Shown piece by piece: positions 9,750 through 18,698 of a stretch of 64,000 nucleotides of DNA (positions are counted from its first letter, which is position 1; every line of letters begins with the position of its first letter). The translations under genes and the position numbers were made by a program. Source of the stretch: Rhizobium sp. Q54 (GTDB lineage Bacteria; Bacteroidota; Bacteroidia; Sphingobacteriales; Sphingobacteriaceae); the NCBI GenBank assembly GCA_943360385.1, contig CALRIM020000001.1:274-64273 (forward strand). Reading direction: 5' to 3'. Below the pieces are notes generated by a model. The model was given only the letters and a program-made list of their open reading frames with translations. It was not told the DNA's origin and ran no database searches.

Positions 9750-12700
9750 ATGCTAAATGCTATAATTTCATTTTCTGTTCGTCAGAAATTGATTATCGCT
9801 TTATTTACCTTCAGCATTGTGCTGTGGGGTATTTACGAAGCGACTCGCTTGCCAATTGATGCGGTACCAGACATTACCGACAATCAGGCACAAATTATTA
9901 CTATTAGTCCGGCCTTAGGTGCGCCAGATGTAGAACGATTAATAACATTCCCAATAGAACAAGCAAACAGTAATATTCCTGGAATAAAAAAAATAAGAAG
10001 TTTTTCTCGTTTTGGGCTATCATTAGTAACCATTGTTTTCGAAGACAATGTGGATATCTATTGGGCTCGACAACAAATTTCTGAACGATTAATAAAAGTT
10101 CAATCCGAATTGCCGAATGGAGTTGGTAATCCAGAATTATCGCCTGTTACCACAGGCCTTGGAGAAATTTATCAATATGTTGTAAAAGCAAAAAAAGGAT
10201 ATGAAAACAAATTCAGTTTATCCGATTTACGTACAACACAAGATTGGATAATTCGCAGACAATTATTAGGAGTTAAAGGGGTTGCAGACGTGTCGAGTTT
10301 TGGAGGCTCCTTAAAGCAATATGAAGTAAGTATAAATCCTGCGCAATTACAGGCAAATGGTGTAACGATTACAGATGTTTTTGAAGCCATTGATAAAAAT
10401 AATGCAAACACAGGTGGTGCTTATATAGAAAAGGGAGAAGGTATTTTATACATCCGCTCCGAAGGATTGCTTAAAAATTTTAAGGACATAGAAAACATTG
10501 TAGTTAAAACATATGCAAAAGGAAACCCTTTACGCATAAGGGATGTAGCGAAGGTGCAATTTTCGGAAGCCATTCGATATGGAGCAATGACCTATAATAA
10601 TGAAGGAGAAGTTGCAGGTGCTGTAGTGATGATGCTAAAAGGTGCGAATTCATCTGAGGTGATAAAAAGTGTAAAGAATAGAATCGAAGAGATTCGCAAA
10701 ACACTTCCAGAAGGGGTAGAAATTGAAGCCTTTTTAGATCGTAGCAAAATGGTGAAAAATGCTATTGGAACGGTGGAGAAAAATTTAATTGAAGGTGCTC
10801 TCATTGTTATTTTCGTACTTGTACTTTTCTTAGGAAATCTTCGTGCAGGATTAATTGTAGCTTCTGTAATCCCACTCTCTATGCTGTTCGCTATCATTAT
10901 GATGAATATGTTTGGAGTAAGTGGCAATTTAATGAGTTTAGGCGCTATAGACTTTGGTTTAATTGTAGATGGTGCAGTAATTATTGTGGAAGCCATTATG
11001 CATCAACTGAGTCACTCCAAACGATTTAGTGGCATCAATAGGTTAAGCCAAGATCAGATGAATACAGAAGTAAATAGTTCTGCATCAAAAATGATGAACT
11101 CCGCTGTATTTGGGCAAATTATTATTTTAGTTGTTTACCTTCCAATATTTTCTTTACAAGGAATAGAAGGTAAAATGTTTGGACCAATGGCCGCTACAGT
11201 TGCCTTTGCACTCTTAGGAGCATTCATCATGTCGCTTACTTATGTTCCAATGATGAGCTCACTATTCATCAGTAAAAAAATTAAACACGAACCAAATATT
11301 TCCGAAAAAGTATTTATAAAAATAGAACGCACCTATCAACATCTTTTAGAAAAGGTGCTCAACAAATCAAAACTATACCTAGGGATCGTTTTTACCTTTT
11401 TCCTATTTTCAATTTTCATTTTACTAAACATGGGAGGTGAATTTATTCCAGATTTAGAAGAAGGAGATTTTGCTGTAGATACGAGAGTATTAACAGGAAG
11501 CAATCTAAAAACTACAGTACAAGCCACGCAAGCATCTGCAAAAGTTTTATTAGAAAAATTCCCGGAAGTAGAAAAAGTAGTTTCAAAAATAGGTAGTGGA
11601 GAAATTCCTACCGACCCTATGCCAATTGAAGCAAGCGATATGATGGTTATTTTGAAAGACAAAAAAGAATGGACCTCCGCAAAAACATATGATGAACTTG
11701 CTGAAAAAATGAGTGCTGAATTGGCAAACATTCCTGGAATTACAGCAGGCTTTCAGTATCCAGTTCAAATGCGATTCAATGAATTAATGACCGGTGCAAG
11801 GCAGGATGTAGTTTGCAAAATTTATGGAGAAGACTTGGATACACTTGCGGCATATGCTCATAAGCTTGGAGAAATAATTAATACAGTAGATGGTGCAAAG
11901 GATTTATATATAGAACCAATTGGTGGAATGCCTCAGGTAGTAATTCAATATAAAAGAGAGGCACTAGCCCAATATGGAGTAAATGTAAATGATTTAAATA
12001 GAATTGTACGTTCTGCGTATGCAGGAGATATCAGTGGTAAGATATATGAAGGAGAGAAACAATTCGATTTAGTAGTACGTATGGATGCCTCTATAAAAAA
12101 TGATATCACTAGTTTAGAAAATCTTCTAATTCCAACTTCAGATGGCGCTACAATTCCATTACGCTTATTAGCAGGTATAGAAATTATCGATGGCCCTAAC
12201 CAAATTCAAAGAGAAGATGCCAAACGAAGAATTATAATAGGATTTAACGTACGCGGCAGAGATGTTCAATCTATTGTAAAAGAACTGCAAGGTAAAGTTG
12301 ATAAACAAATAAAATTACCTGTTGGATATTACACTAATTACGGTGGAGCATTTGAAAACCTAGTGGCGGCTAAAAACAGATTAGCAATTGCTGTTCCTCT
12401 TTCACTACTACTAATTTTATTGATGTTGTATTTTGCATTCGGATCTATTAAACAAAGTGTATTAATATTTTCTGCAATCCCACTTTCAGCAATTGGAGGA
12501 ATATTTGCATTAAGTTCCAGAAGCATGCCCTTCAGCATCTCTGCAGGTATCGGTTTCATTGCACTCTTTGGAGTAGCAGTATTAAACGGAATTGTATTAA
12601 TTGCTGAATTTAATAGGTTGAAAAAAGAAGGTTGGACAGATGCACGTAAGATTGTTTTACAAGGAACTAAAATCAGGTTACGACCAGTACTAATGACTGC

Positions 12701-14096
12701 TGCTGTTGCTTCGTTGGGTTTTATTCCTATGGCTTTAAGCAATGGAGCCGGCGCCGAAGTACAACGACCTCTTGCAACAGTAGTAATTGGTGGTTTAATT
12801 TCTGCAACAATTCTTACGCTATTTATACTTCCTATTCTTTATGCAGGATTTGCAAAACGTGAAATTAGAAAACATAGTAGAACTATTGGAATAACTAGTT
12901 TATTCTTTTTACTAATGCTGATGAATAATTCTTCTATCGCTCAAGAATCTATTACTTGGCAGGATGCTAAAAATAAACTCTTAAATCAGAATCTACTTAT
13001 TAAGGCAGAAGAAAATTACAGCGAAGTGGTTCAGAAAACTCGTAGACAAGGAATGGAAATACCTAAAACTGAATTAAACATTCAGAGTGGACAATACAAT
13101 AGTGGCGATGCAGACCAGTCTTTTTCAATAGCACAAAGTTTTCATTTTCCTAGTTATTATTACCACAACTCTAATTATTATTATTCACAAAAAGAACTTG
13201 TTGTAGCACAAACTGAATTAAAAAAACAGGAGTTACTTTCTGAATTATACTTTCAATTTAATTCAATATTACTACTAAAAGAAAAAGCTATTTTCCTGGA
13301 TAAGTTAAATAATCAATTAAAAAATACAATAGAAAGTGTACGGTTACAATATGAAAAAGGATTAATTAATGCGATGGAGAAATCCATGTTGGACAATGTT
13401 ATCATTAATATTCAAAAGGAGATACGATTAACAACGATTCAATTATCGTCTCAAAATATAAAATTTAATTGGTTACTGTCCGAGAAAGACAAGTATAATC
13501 CTTTGGAGGGAGATTTATTCTTCCAAGCTTCGATTGTTAATACAGAAACACCCTCGTATTTTATAAAGCGTTTAATGGCTGAACAAAACAGTAACGAATT
13601 TTCGTGGAAGATAGAACGCTCCAAAACATTGCCAGACCTACGTATTGGATATACAAACCAAAGTTTAACTGGTGCTATTTACGATGGAAAAATTGCTGCA
13701 AGTTCAGATAGGTTTCAATTTATATCCGCAGGTATAAGTATCCCAATTTTTTATTCTTCTCAGAATGCAAAAATAAAAATTGCAAAAGTAACATGGGAGA
13801 AAAGCAAAACGGTTCTGGCAAATGAAAAAGAAAAAATTGAGTTAGAAAAAATGAGGTTACAAAATCTTTGCAAAGAAGAAGGAATATTATTATCGACATA
13901 TACTAATGAAACTATCCCCCAAATGAAACAGGCTATCAACTCTTCTATTTTACAAGTTGAAAAAGGTAGTATATCTTATTCTGAATGGGCAATTTACATT
14001 AACCAAGTATTAAACACATATGATGTTTATCAAAATTTATTCATGCAAAGCTTGCAACATCATATAGAATTAAAAGTATTAAATAACGAATTATAA
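9750..14096 (+). CDS. CusA/CzcA-family heavy-metal RND permease fused in frame to a TolC-like outer-membrane factor
   Basis: 1448 aa. The first ~1045 aa are typical CzcA (two large periplasmic loops, 12 TM). Next comes RKHSRTIGITSLFFLLMLMNNSSIAQE, which is signal-peptide-like. The last ~400 aa are coiled/Y-rich OMF-like sequence. I verified there is no stop across 12840-12960. Confidence 0.85.
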   Translation: MLNAIISFSVRQKLIIALFTFSIVLWGIYEATRLPIDAVPDITDNQAQIITISPALGAPDVERLITFPIEQANSNIPGIKKIRSFSRFGLSLVTIVFEDNVDIYWARQQISERLIKVQSELPNGVGNPELSPVTTGLGEIYQYVVKAKKGYENKFSLSDLRTTQDWIIRRQLLGVKGVADVSSFGGSLKQYEVSINPAQLQANGVTITDVFEAIDKNNANTGGAYIEKGEGILYIRSEGLLKNFKDIENIVVKTYAKGNPLRIRDVAKVQFSEAIRYGAMTYNNEGEVAGAVVMMLKGANSSEVIKSVKNRIEEIRKTLPEGVEIEAFLDRSKMVKNAIGTVEKNLIEGALIVIFVLVLFLGNLRAGLIVASVIPLSMLFAIIMMNMFGVSGNLMSLGAIDFGLIVDGAVIIVEAIMHQLSHSKRFSGINRLSQDQMNTEVNSSASKMMNSAVFGQIIILVVYLPIFSLQGIEGKMFGPMAATVAFALLGAFIMSLTYVPMMSSLFISKKIKHEPNISEKVFIKIERTYQHLLEKVLNKSKLYLGIVFTFFLFSIFILLNMGGEFIPDLEEGDFAVDTRVLTGSNLKTTVQATQASAKVLLEKFPEVEKVVSKIGSGEIPTDPMPIEASDMMVILKDKKEWTSAKTYDELAEKMSAELANIPGITAGFQYPVQMRFNELMTGARQDVVCKIYGEDLDTLAAYAHKLGEIINTVDGAKDLYIEPIGGMPQVVIQYKREALAQYGVNVNDLNRIVRSAYAGDISGKIYEGEKQFDLVVRMDASIKNDITSLENLLIPTSDGATIPLRLLAGIEIIDGPNQIQREDAKRRIIIGFNVRGRDVQSIVKELQGKVDKQIKLPVGYYTNYGGAFENLVAAKNRLAIAVPLSLLLILLMLYFAFGSIKQSVLIFSAIPLSAIGGIFALSSRSMPFSISAGIGFIALFGVAVLNGIVLIAEFNRLKKEGWTDARKIVLQGTKIRLRPVLMTAAVASLGFIPMALSNGAGAEVQRPLATVVIGGLISATILTLFILPILYAGFAKREIRKHSRTIGITSLFFLLMLMNNSSIAQESITWQDAKNKLLNQNLLIKAEENYSEVVQKTRRQGMEIPKTELNIQSGQYNSGDADQSFSIAQSFHFPSYYYHNSNYYYSQKELVVAQTELKKQELLSELYFQFNSILLLKEKAIFLDKLNNQLKNTIESVRLQYEKGLINAMEKSMLDNVIINIQKEIRLTTIQLSSQNIKFNWLLSEKDKYNPLEGDLFFQASIVNTETPSYFIKRLMAEQNSNEFSWKIERSKTLPDLRIGYTNQSLTGAIYDGKIAASSDRFQFISAGISIPIFYSSQNAKIKIAKVTWEKSKTVLANEKEKIELEKMRLQNLCKEEGILLSTYTNETIPQMKQAINSSILQVEKGSISYSEWAIYINQVLNTYDVYQNLFMQSLQHHIELKVLNNEL

Positions 14097-14109
14097 CACA
14101 TAGAAAATT

Positions 14110-15246
14110 ATGAAAATTTCACATATCTATATAGTAACTGCAGCCTTAATTTTTCAGGGATGTAGCACTGATACTAAAACAGAAACATCCAACACAAACA
14201 CTCCAGTGGAGACAACAATTGTGCTAAATAAAGAACAATTAGCAAATATCAATATGAGCACTACCACATTATCTGAACGTAGTGTGGGAAATATCATCAA
14301 AGCAAATGGATCAATAGACGTACCACCAGAAAGTATGGTAAGCATTTCTGCACCCATGGGAGGTTATTTAAAGTACACAAGATTATTGCCAGGTTTAAAG
14401 GTTAACAAAGGGCAACTATTAGCGGTATTAGAGGATCAGCAATTTATACAATTAGCGCAAGAATATTTGAGCACAAAAAACAAACTGGAACTTTCTAAAA
14501 TTGATTTCAGAAAACAAAAGGAATTATACGAAGCAAAAGCTATTTCGGAAAAAGTTTTTTTAGATGCTAAAAGTAACTTGGAAATACTTGCCATAGAAGT
14601 ACAATCCTATTCAGAAAAACTAAAACTAATAGGCATTAATCCTACTTCTCTTTCGGTAGATAAGATATCGTCTAAAGTAGAAATCCTATCTCCAATTAAT
14701 GGTTACGTTTCTAAGGTAAATGTAAATGTGGGTAAATACTTGTCGCCAAATGATATACTTTTTGAACTTATAAACCCAGATGATATACATTTGAATATTC
14801 AAATATTTCAAAAAGACATCCCTTATTTAGCAATAGGACAAAAGGTTATAACATATACCAACGAACATCCAGAAATTAAACACAAAGCAGAAATTATTTT
14901 AATTGGAAGAGGGCTAAACGAGAGCAAGGCAATAGATGTACATTGCCATTTCGAAAAACCAGATCACGATTTAATACCAGGAATGTACATGAATGTTGAA
15001 ATTGAATCGAGTGTTAAAAAATCGATGGTGGTAAACGAAGAAGCCGTTTTGAGATATGAAAACATCAACTATTTAGTACTCGCCAATAACGATAGTACAT
15101 TTGAATTATACCCAGTAAATACTGGCATTTTGGAGAAACCCTATATCGAAATTGTTAACCCAAGTGAAAAACTAATAAAAAGTAAAATTGTAAACCAAGG
15201 AGCGTATAAAATTTTAATGGCAATGAAGAATAAAGCAGAGGAATAG
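14110..15246 (+). CDS. Efflux RND periplasmic adaptor subunit (CzcB/HlyD-like lipoprotein)
   Basis: 378 aa with lipobox LIFQGC, a lipoyl-like/hairpin region (GQLLAVLEDQQFIQLAQEY...) and a beta-barrel C-domain. Confidence 0.8.
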   Translation: MKISHIYIVTAALIFQGCSTDTKTETSNTNTPVETTIVLNKEQLANINMSTTTLSERSVGNIIKANGSIDVPPESMVSISAPMGGYLKYTRLLPGLKVNKGQLLAVLEDQQFIQLAQEYLSTKNKLELSKIDFRKQKELYEAKAISEKVFLDAKSNLEILAIEVQSYSEKLKLIGINPTSLSVDKISSKVEILSPINGYVSKVNVNVGKYLSPNDILFELINPDDIHLNIQIFQKDIPYLAIGQKVITYTNEHPEIKHKAEIILIGRGLNESKAIDVHCHFEKPDHDLIPGMYMNVEIESSVKKSMVVNEEAVLRYENINYLVLANNDSTFELYPVNTGILEKPYIEIVNPSEKLIKSKIVNQGAYKILMAMKNKAEE

Positions 15247-15366
15247 TTCCCTGCCTGTCGGCAGACAGGGTGTGCTCGTGTGCTCGTGTGCTCGTGTACT
15301 GATATGCTAGGATGCTGATATGCTAATATGCTGATAAAATAAGGATGATAAATACTGAATGATTAA
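15247..15366. repeat. GC-rich hairpin, then GTGCTCGT x3, then the left arm of a ~65-nt inverted repeat
   Basis: cctgtc-ggca-gacagg hairpin (15251-15268), gtgctcgt x3 (15271-15297), left arm 15302-15367. Positions 15312-15357 are a perfect reverse complement of 15781-15826. Confidence 0.9.
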
Positions 15367-15717
15367 TTATTCTTTTGAGTTACGTTTTGCAGTTGATAAT
15401 GATTTAGAAATTATTTTTTGAATAGAAGTTACATCATCAAATAACTCCTTTTCTAATTTTAAATATTCTTTATCTTTAATAACATTTAACCAATAGAACG
15501 TTTCATTAGCTTCCTTTGAGGCAATTTTTAATTTATGAATAAAGTCTATGGAACTCTCTGAATACATTGATTCACTAACATTCGCCGCTATTGAAGTTGA
15601 TGACCTAGAAATTTGATTTGCTATAAAGGTAAACCCCATTTTTTCTAAGTCTTGTCCAATATCCAATATCACTAAACTTAGTTTGTAGCTGATAGTATAT
15701 AAAATAGATTCTTTCAT
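15367..15717 (-). CDS. Four-helix-bundle protein (23S rRNA intervening-sequence protein / Avd family)
   Basis: 116 aa. QISRSSTSIAANVSES...FIHKLKIASKEANETFYWL matches the recalled TIGR02436 pattern (Q..RA..SI..NI.EG....F...L.IA.GS..E....L). Confidence 0.8.
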   Translation of the reverse strand: MKESILYTISYKLSLVILDIGQDLEKMGFTFIANQISRSSTSIAANVSESMYSESSIDFIHKLKIASKEANETFYWLNVIKDKEYLKLEKELFDDVTSIQKIISKSLSTAKRNSKE

Positions 15718-15767
15718 GATTTAAAACTATTTGAAAGAATCTATTTCTACAATCGCACTTATGCAGG

Positions 15768-15853
15768 ATTAATTATCATCCAGTATTTATCATCCTTATT
15801 TTATCAGCATATTAGCATATCAGCATACTAGCATATTAGCATTCTAGCATATT
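15768..15853. repeat. Right arm of the inverted repeat plus TAGCATAT/CAGCATAT array
   Basis: 15781-15826 is the exact reverse complement of 15312-15357 (46 nt). The flanking 9-10 nt also match, with single mismatches. Confidence 0.9.
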
Positions 15854-15890
15854 ATCTATTATATTTGTTTTTAATAAATTAATCATTACA

Positions 15891-16202
15891 ATGGAAGAGC
15901 AAGTAGATCAAAACCAAATAAACATAGAGTTAAGCGAAGAAATTGCAGAAGGCATTTATTCGAACTTGGCTATAATCACGCATTCGAATGCAGAATTCAT
16001 CATCGATTTTATTCGTATGATGCCTGGTGTTCCTAAGGCAAAAGTAAAGTCGAGAATTATTTTAACTCCACAACATGCAAAACGTTTAATGGCTGCATTG
16101 TCTGATAACATTCGCAAATACGAAGAAGTACACGGAAAAGTTAAATTAGAGGAACAAACGGCATTCCCCATGAACTTTGGTGGACCAACAGCACAAGCCT
16201 AG
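15891..16202 (+). CDS. DUF3467 domain protein
   Basis: 103 aa. GIYSNLAIITHSNAEFIIDF...ILTPQHAKRLMAAL is typical of DUF3467 as I recall it. Confidence 0.7.
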   Translation: MEEQVDQNQINIELSEEIAEGIYSNLAIITHSNAEFIIDFIRMMPGVPKAKVKSRIILTPQHAKRLMAALSDNIRKYEEVHGKVKLEEQTAFPMNFGGPTAQA

Positions 16203-16203
16203 T

Positions 16204-16237
16204 TCGTATGATCGTGTGCTCGTGAATCGTGTGCTCA
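16204..16237. repeat. GTGCTCGT-family short repeats
   Basis: tcgtatgatcgtgtgctcgtgaatcgtgtgctcat directly after the DUF3467 stop. Confidence 0.7.
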
Positions 16238-16287
16238 TAAAGACAATTCGAGACATGTAATACTGATGCTTAATTGTTAAAATCAAT

Positions 16288-17103
16288 ATGAAGATATCTT
16301 GTATTCTAGTATTACTAGTTTCAGTTTTGCTTTTTGGTTGCGCGAAGGAGGATGGGGTTGGTATTACTCATTTCAGCGGAAATGATATTGATAGTGTTGT
16401 TCAATACAGTTTAACAGCTAATTGGGATACAGTTGCTGTATTCGCAAGGAAATTTACTTACTCTGAGGATAAAAAAATCACTAATGAGCAATGGTATGAG
16501 CGTATTGAAGGACAAGAAAATTTAATACCTACAATTTTTAAATCATATCAAACAATAGGGTATACTCTTATAATAACAGAGGAACACTCAGATGGGATTA
16601 TTACTAAAGAATATAAATTCAATTCCAATCATTTTCCGATTCGTTATGTAAAAAGTTTTAATAATTCACCTGAGTACGATAGTGTTTTTTATCAATACGA
16701 TGATAACAATTATTTATACAGTATTAAAAGCATTCGTCTTAATAATTCTGGAGAATTCCCATATAGAATTGTTTCAAATTACTATTATAAATGGGTAGAT
16801 GGAAACCTCCATTCCATTGTGACCAAAGAATATAGACATAACGAATTAATAGCAAGTTCGAATATTAATTTTAAGTATGGCACTATTAAAAATCCGATAG
16901 ATTATAATTGCAATTACTTATACCCTTATTTAAGATATGGTAGAGCATCAAAAAACCTTGTCGAAAAAATGGAATATTTATATAATGGAAGTCTCTATGA
17001 ACAAACCTATTATTCATACTTACTATTTCCAGGAAATAAATCATTCCTAGAAAAATCCTATAGAGAAAACTATCAAACGTTAACCAAAATCTTCTACAAA
17101 TAA
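16288..17103 (+). CDS. Lipoprotein, Tyr/Asn-rich, unknown function
   Basis: 271 aa with lipoprotein signal MKISCILVLLVSVLLFGC. Confidence 0.6.
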   Translation: MKISCILVLLVSVLLFGCAKEDGVGITHFSGNDIDSVVQYSLTANWDTVAVFARKFTYSEDKKITNEQWYERIEGQENLIPTIFKSYQTIGYTLIITEEHSDGIITKEYKFNSNHFPIRYVKSFNNSPEYDSVFYQYDDNNYLYSIKSIRLNNSGEFPYRIVSNYYYKWVDGNLHSIVTKEYRHNELIASSNINFKYGTIKNPIDYNCNYLYPYLRYGRASKNLVEKMEYLYNGSLYEQTYYSYLLFPGNKSFLEKSYRENYQTLTKIFYK

Positions 17104-17112
17104 CACACTTTT

Positions 17113-17147
17113 TATTAGCATATCAGCATACTAGCATATCAGCATAT
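17113..17147. repeat. CAGCATAT/TAGCATAT array (third copy of the arm motif)
   Basis: ttagcatatcagcatactagcatatcagcatatta between convergent stops. Confidence 0.8.
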
Positions 17148-18424
17148 TAAAACCGATACTGCATCCTAATCGTCGCCACATTATCCTTTAAATCCTTAGC
17201 ATAATTATTGGTACTATTAGTTCCAAGAATACTAGTGTTTTCGTTTTTAACAATATCGTAATAAGCCATCCAACGGATATGGTCTGTTGCTCTATAAATA
17301 TATCCAAAACCTATTGTTGAATATTTTATATCTGTAGCATTTGTTGATGATCCTGCTGCTCCAATATCAATTCCTTTTACATCGGTATTTGGATCATACC
17401 AATCGTATTTCAACACTAATTGATGTCTAGATTTTAATATATTTTGAACTAAATAAATATATGCACCATTAAAGTTTCTGATATAGGTATTGGTAACAGT
17501 TGGAACAGCGGTTGGACTTGAGCTACTGCTATGAGTTCCTGGTTGAGTTCCCATAATGTATTCGGCACGAATAATTGTAAAACCTATTTGAGAGAAAAAA
17601 TTCAACTGCGCATTTACTCCATAATATTGTCTTCTTGCATAATTTTTCAAATTAGAACTTGTTGAATCTACTGCGAATTTTGTATCACTCATAGAATAAA
17701 CAAATTTGGTTTGGTTAATTAATTTTCCTTGGTACATTGATGCTCCAAAACCATACTTCACAAATTTGCCTTTATTGTTTTCGTAACTTACGCGAGTGAT
17801 AATATCTTTTTTAGAATCGAACTCGGTGGTAAGGAAACCTGTACCATTAAATAATCCAGCATCAATTTTAAGTAACTGTTTTTTCGCTTTCCAACTTTTA
17901 CTGTAACTTAACATTGCTCCCAAATCTCTTTCATTTGGAAATAATATTTGCGACATTCTTCCTCTTTCTGGAGATTCTCTTACTCTCGACGAATAACTAA
18001 TCTCATATCCAAATGGTCTATCGAAAACACCAGCCGTTAATTCAACCTTTTTGTATTTTTGCTCCATCATTTTAATGTATGCATCTCTAATGGCTACTCC
18101 TCTTTCCGTTGCATCAAACTGCAAAACATACGTAGAAATTTTATCAGAATAAGTCATTTTTAAACGACCTCTACGAATAGTAAAACGATTGTTTACATCG
18201 GTAGAAAAATTTCCTCCTTCATAAGAACCAACACCTGCAGTGTCCGATAATTGATATTGAAATTGATAATAACCACTGAATTTTAAATTCTGAATTAATT
18301 CCACTTGTTGACGAGTAAATCGAATAGAATCTACATAATCACGAACTGGGTCGGTTTCGTTTTCTTGGGCAAGCGCAACACTTACTGATAATAAAGCAAG
18401 CACAGCGAGTAAAGTTCTTTTCAT
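17147..18424 (-). CDS. Outer-membrane porin, OprO/OprP (phosphate-selective porin)-like
   Basis: 425 aa. Signal peptide ...SVSVALAQ, FSGYYQFQYQ, FTIRRGRLKM, DAYIK...GVFDRPFGYE, and a C-terminal aromatic residue (MQYRF). Confidence 0.65.
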   Translation of the reverse strand: MKRTLLAVLALLSVSVALAQENETDPVRDYVDSIRFTRQQVELIQNLKFSGYYQFQYQLSDTAGVGSYEGGNFSTDVNNRFTIRRGRLKMTYSDKISTYVLQFDATERGVAIRDAYIKMMEQKYKKVELTAGVFDRPFGYEISYSSRVRESPERGRMSQILFPNERDLGAMLSYSKSWKAKKQLLKIDAGLFNGTGFLTTEFDSKKDIITRVSYENNKGKFVKYGFGASMYQGKLINQTKFVYSMSDTKFAVDSTSSNLKNYARRQYYGVNAQLNFFSQIGFTIIRAEYIMGTQPGTHSSSSSPTAVPTVTNTYIRNFNGAYIYLVQNILKSRHQLVLKYDWYDPNTDVKGIDIGAAGSSTNATDIKYSTIGFGYIYRATDHIRWMAYYDIVKNENTSILGTNSTNNYAKDLKDNVATIRMQYRF

Positions 18425-18442
18425 ATAAATATAAGGTTAAGA

Positions 18443-18450
18443 CAAAATTA
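18443..18450 (-). promoter_or_regulatory. Candidate Bacteroidetes -7 box (TAATTTTG) for the porin gene
   Basis: Matches TAnnTTTG, with its last base 18 nt upstream of the ATG at 18424. Confidence 0.35.
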
Positions 18451-18517
18451 ACAATACATAATAGCTTGACAATGGTTTAACGGATTGATAACTGAAACTT
18501 AACATAAAGTTAACATG

Positions 18518-18570
18518 GTTCGTGTGCTCATGTGCTCGTTATTCGTGTGCTCGTTATTCATGTGCTCGTA
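18518..18570. repeat. GTGCTCGT-family array, left arm of an inverted repeat around the rpoC terminator
   Basis: 18518-18555 equals the reverse complement of 18661-18698 with 2 mismatches and 1 indel. Confidence 0.85.
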
Positions 18571-18614
18571 AGCCCCCTACTTCGGAGAGGGGTTTGGGGT
18601 GAGGAGATTTTAAA

Positions 18615-18651
18615 CAAAAAAAGCCTTCCTGAATTAACAGAAAGGCTTTTT
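18615..18651 (-). terminator. Rho-independent terminator downstream of rpoC (bidirectional shape)
   Basis: agccttcctg / cagaaaggct stem (9/10 pairs), 6-nt loop, A7 on the left and T4 on the right. Confidence 0.75.
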
Positions 18652-18659
18652 ATATATTA

Positions 18660-18698
18660 TACGAGCACACGAATTAACGAGCACACGAGCACATGAAC
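18660..18698. repeat. ACGAGCAC-family array, right arm, abutting the rpoC stop codon
   Basis: tacgagcacacgaattaacgagcacacgagcacatgaac; the rpoC TAG is at 18698-18700. Confidence 0.85.

Noticed and set aside
15367-15717. Avd-like four-helix-bundle gene as a marker of a diversity-generating retroelement
   Set aside because: There is no reverse transcriptase gene and no template/variable repeat pair with A-specific mismatches nearby. Only the inverted arms are present.
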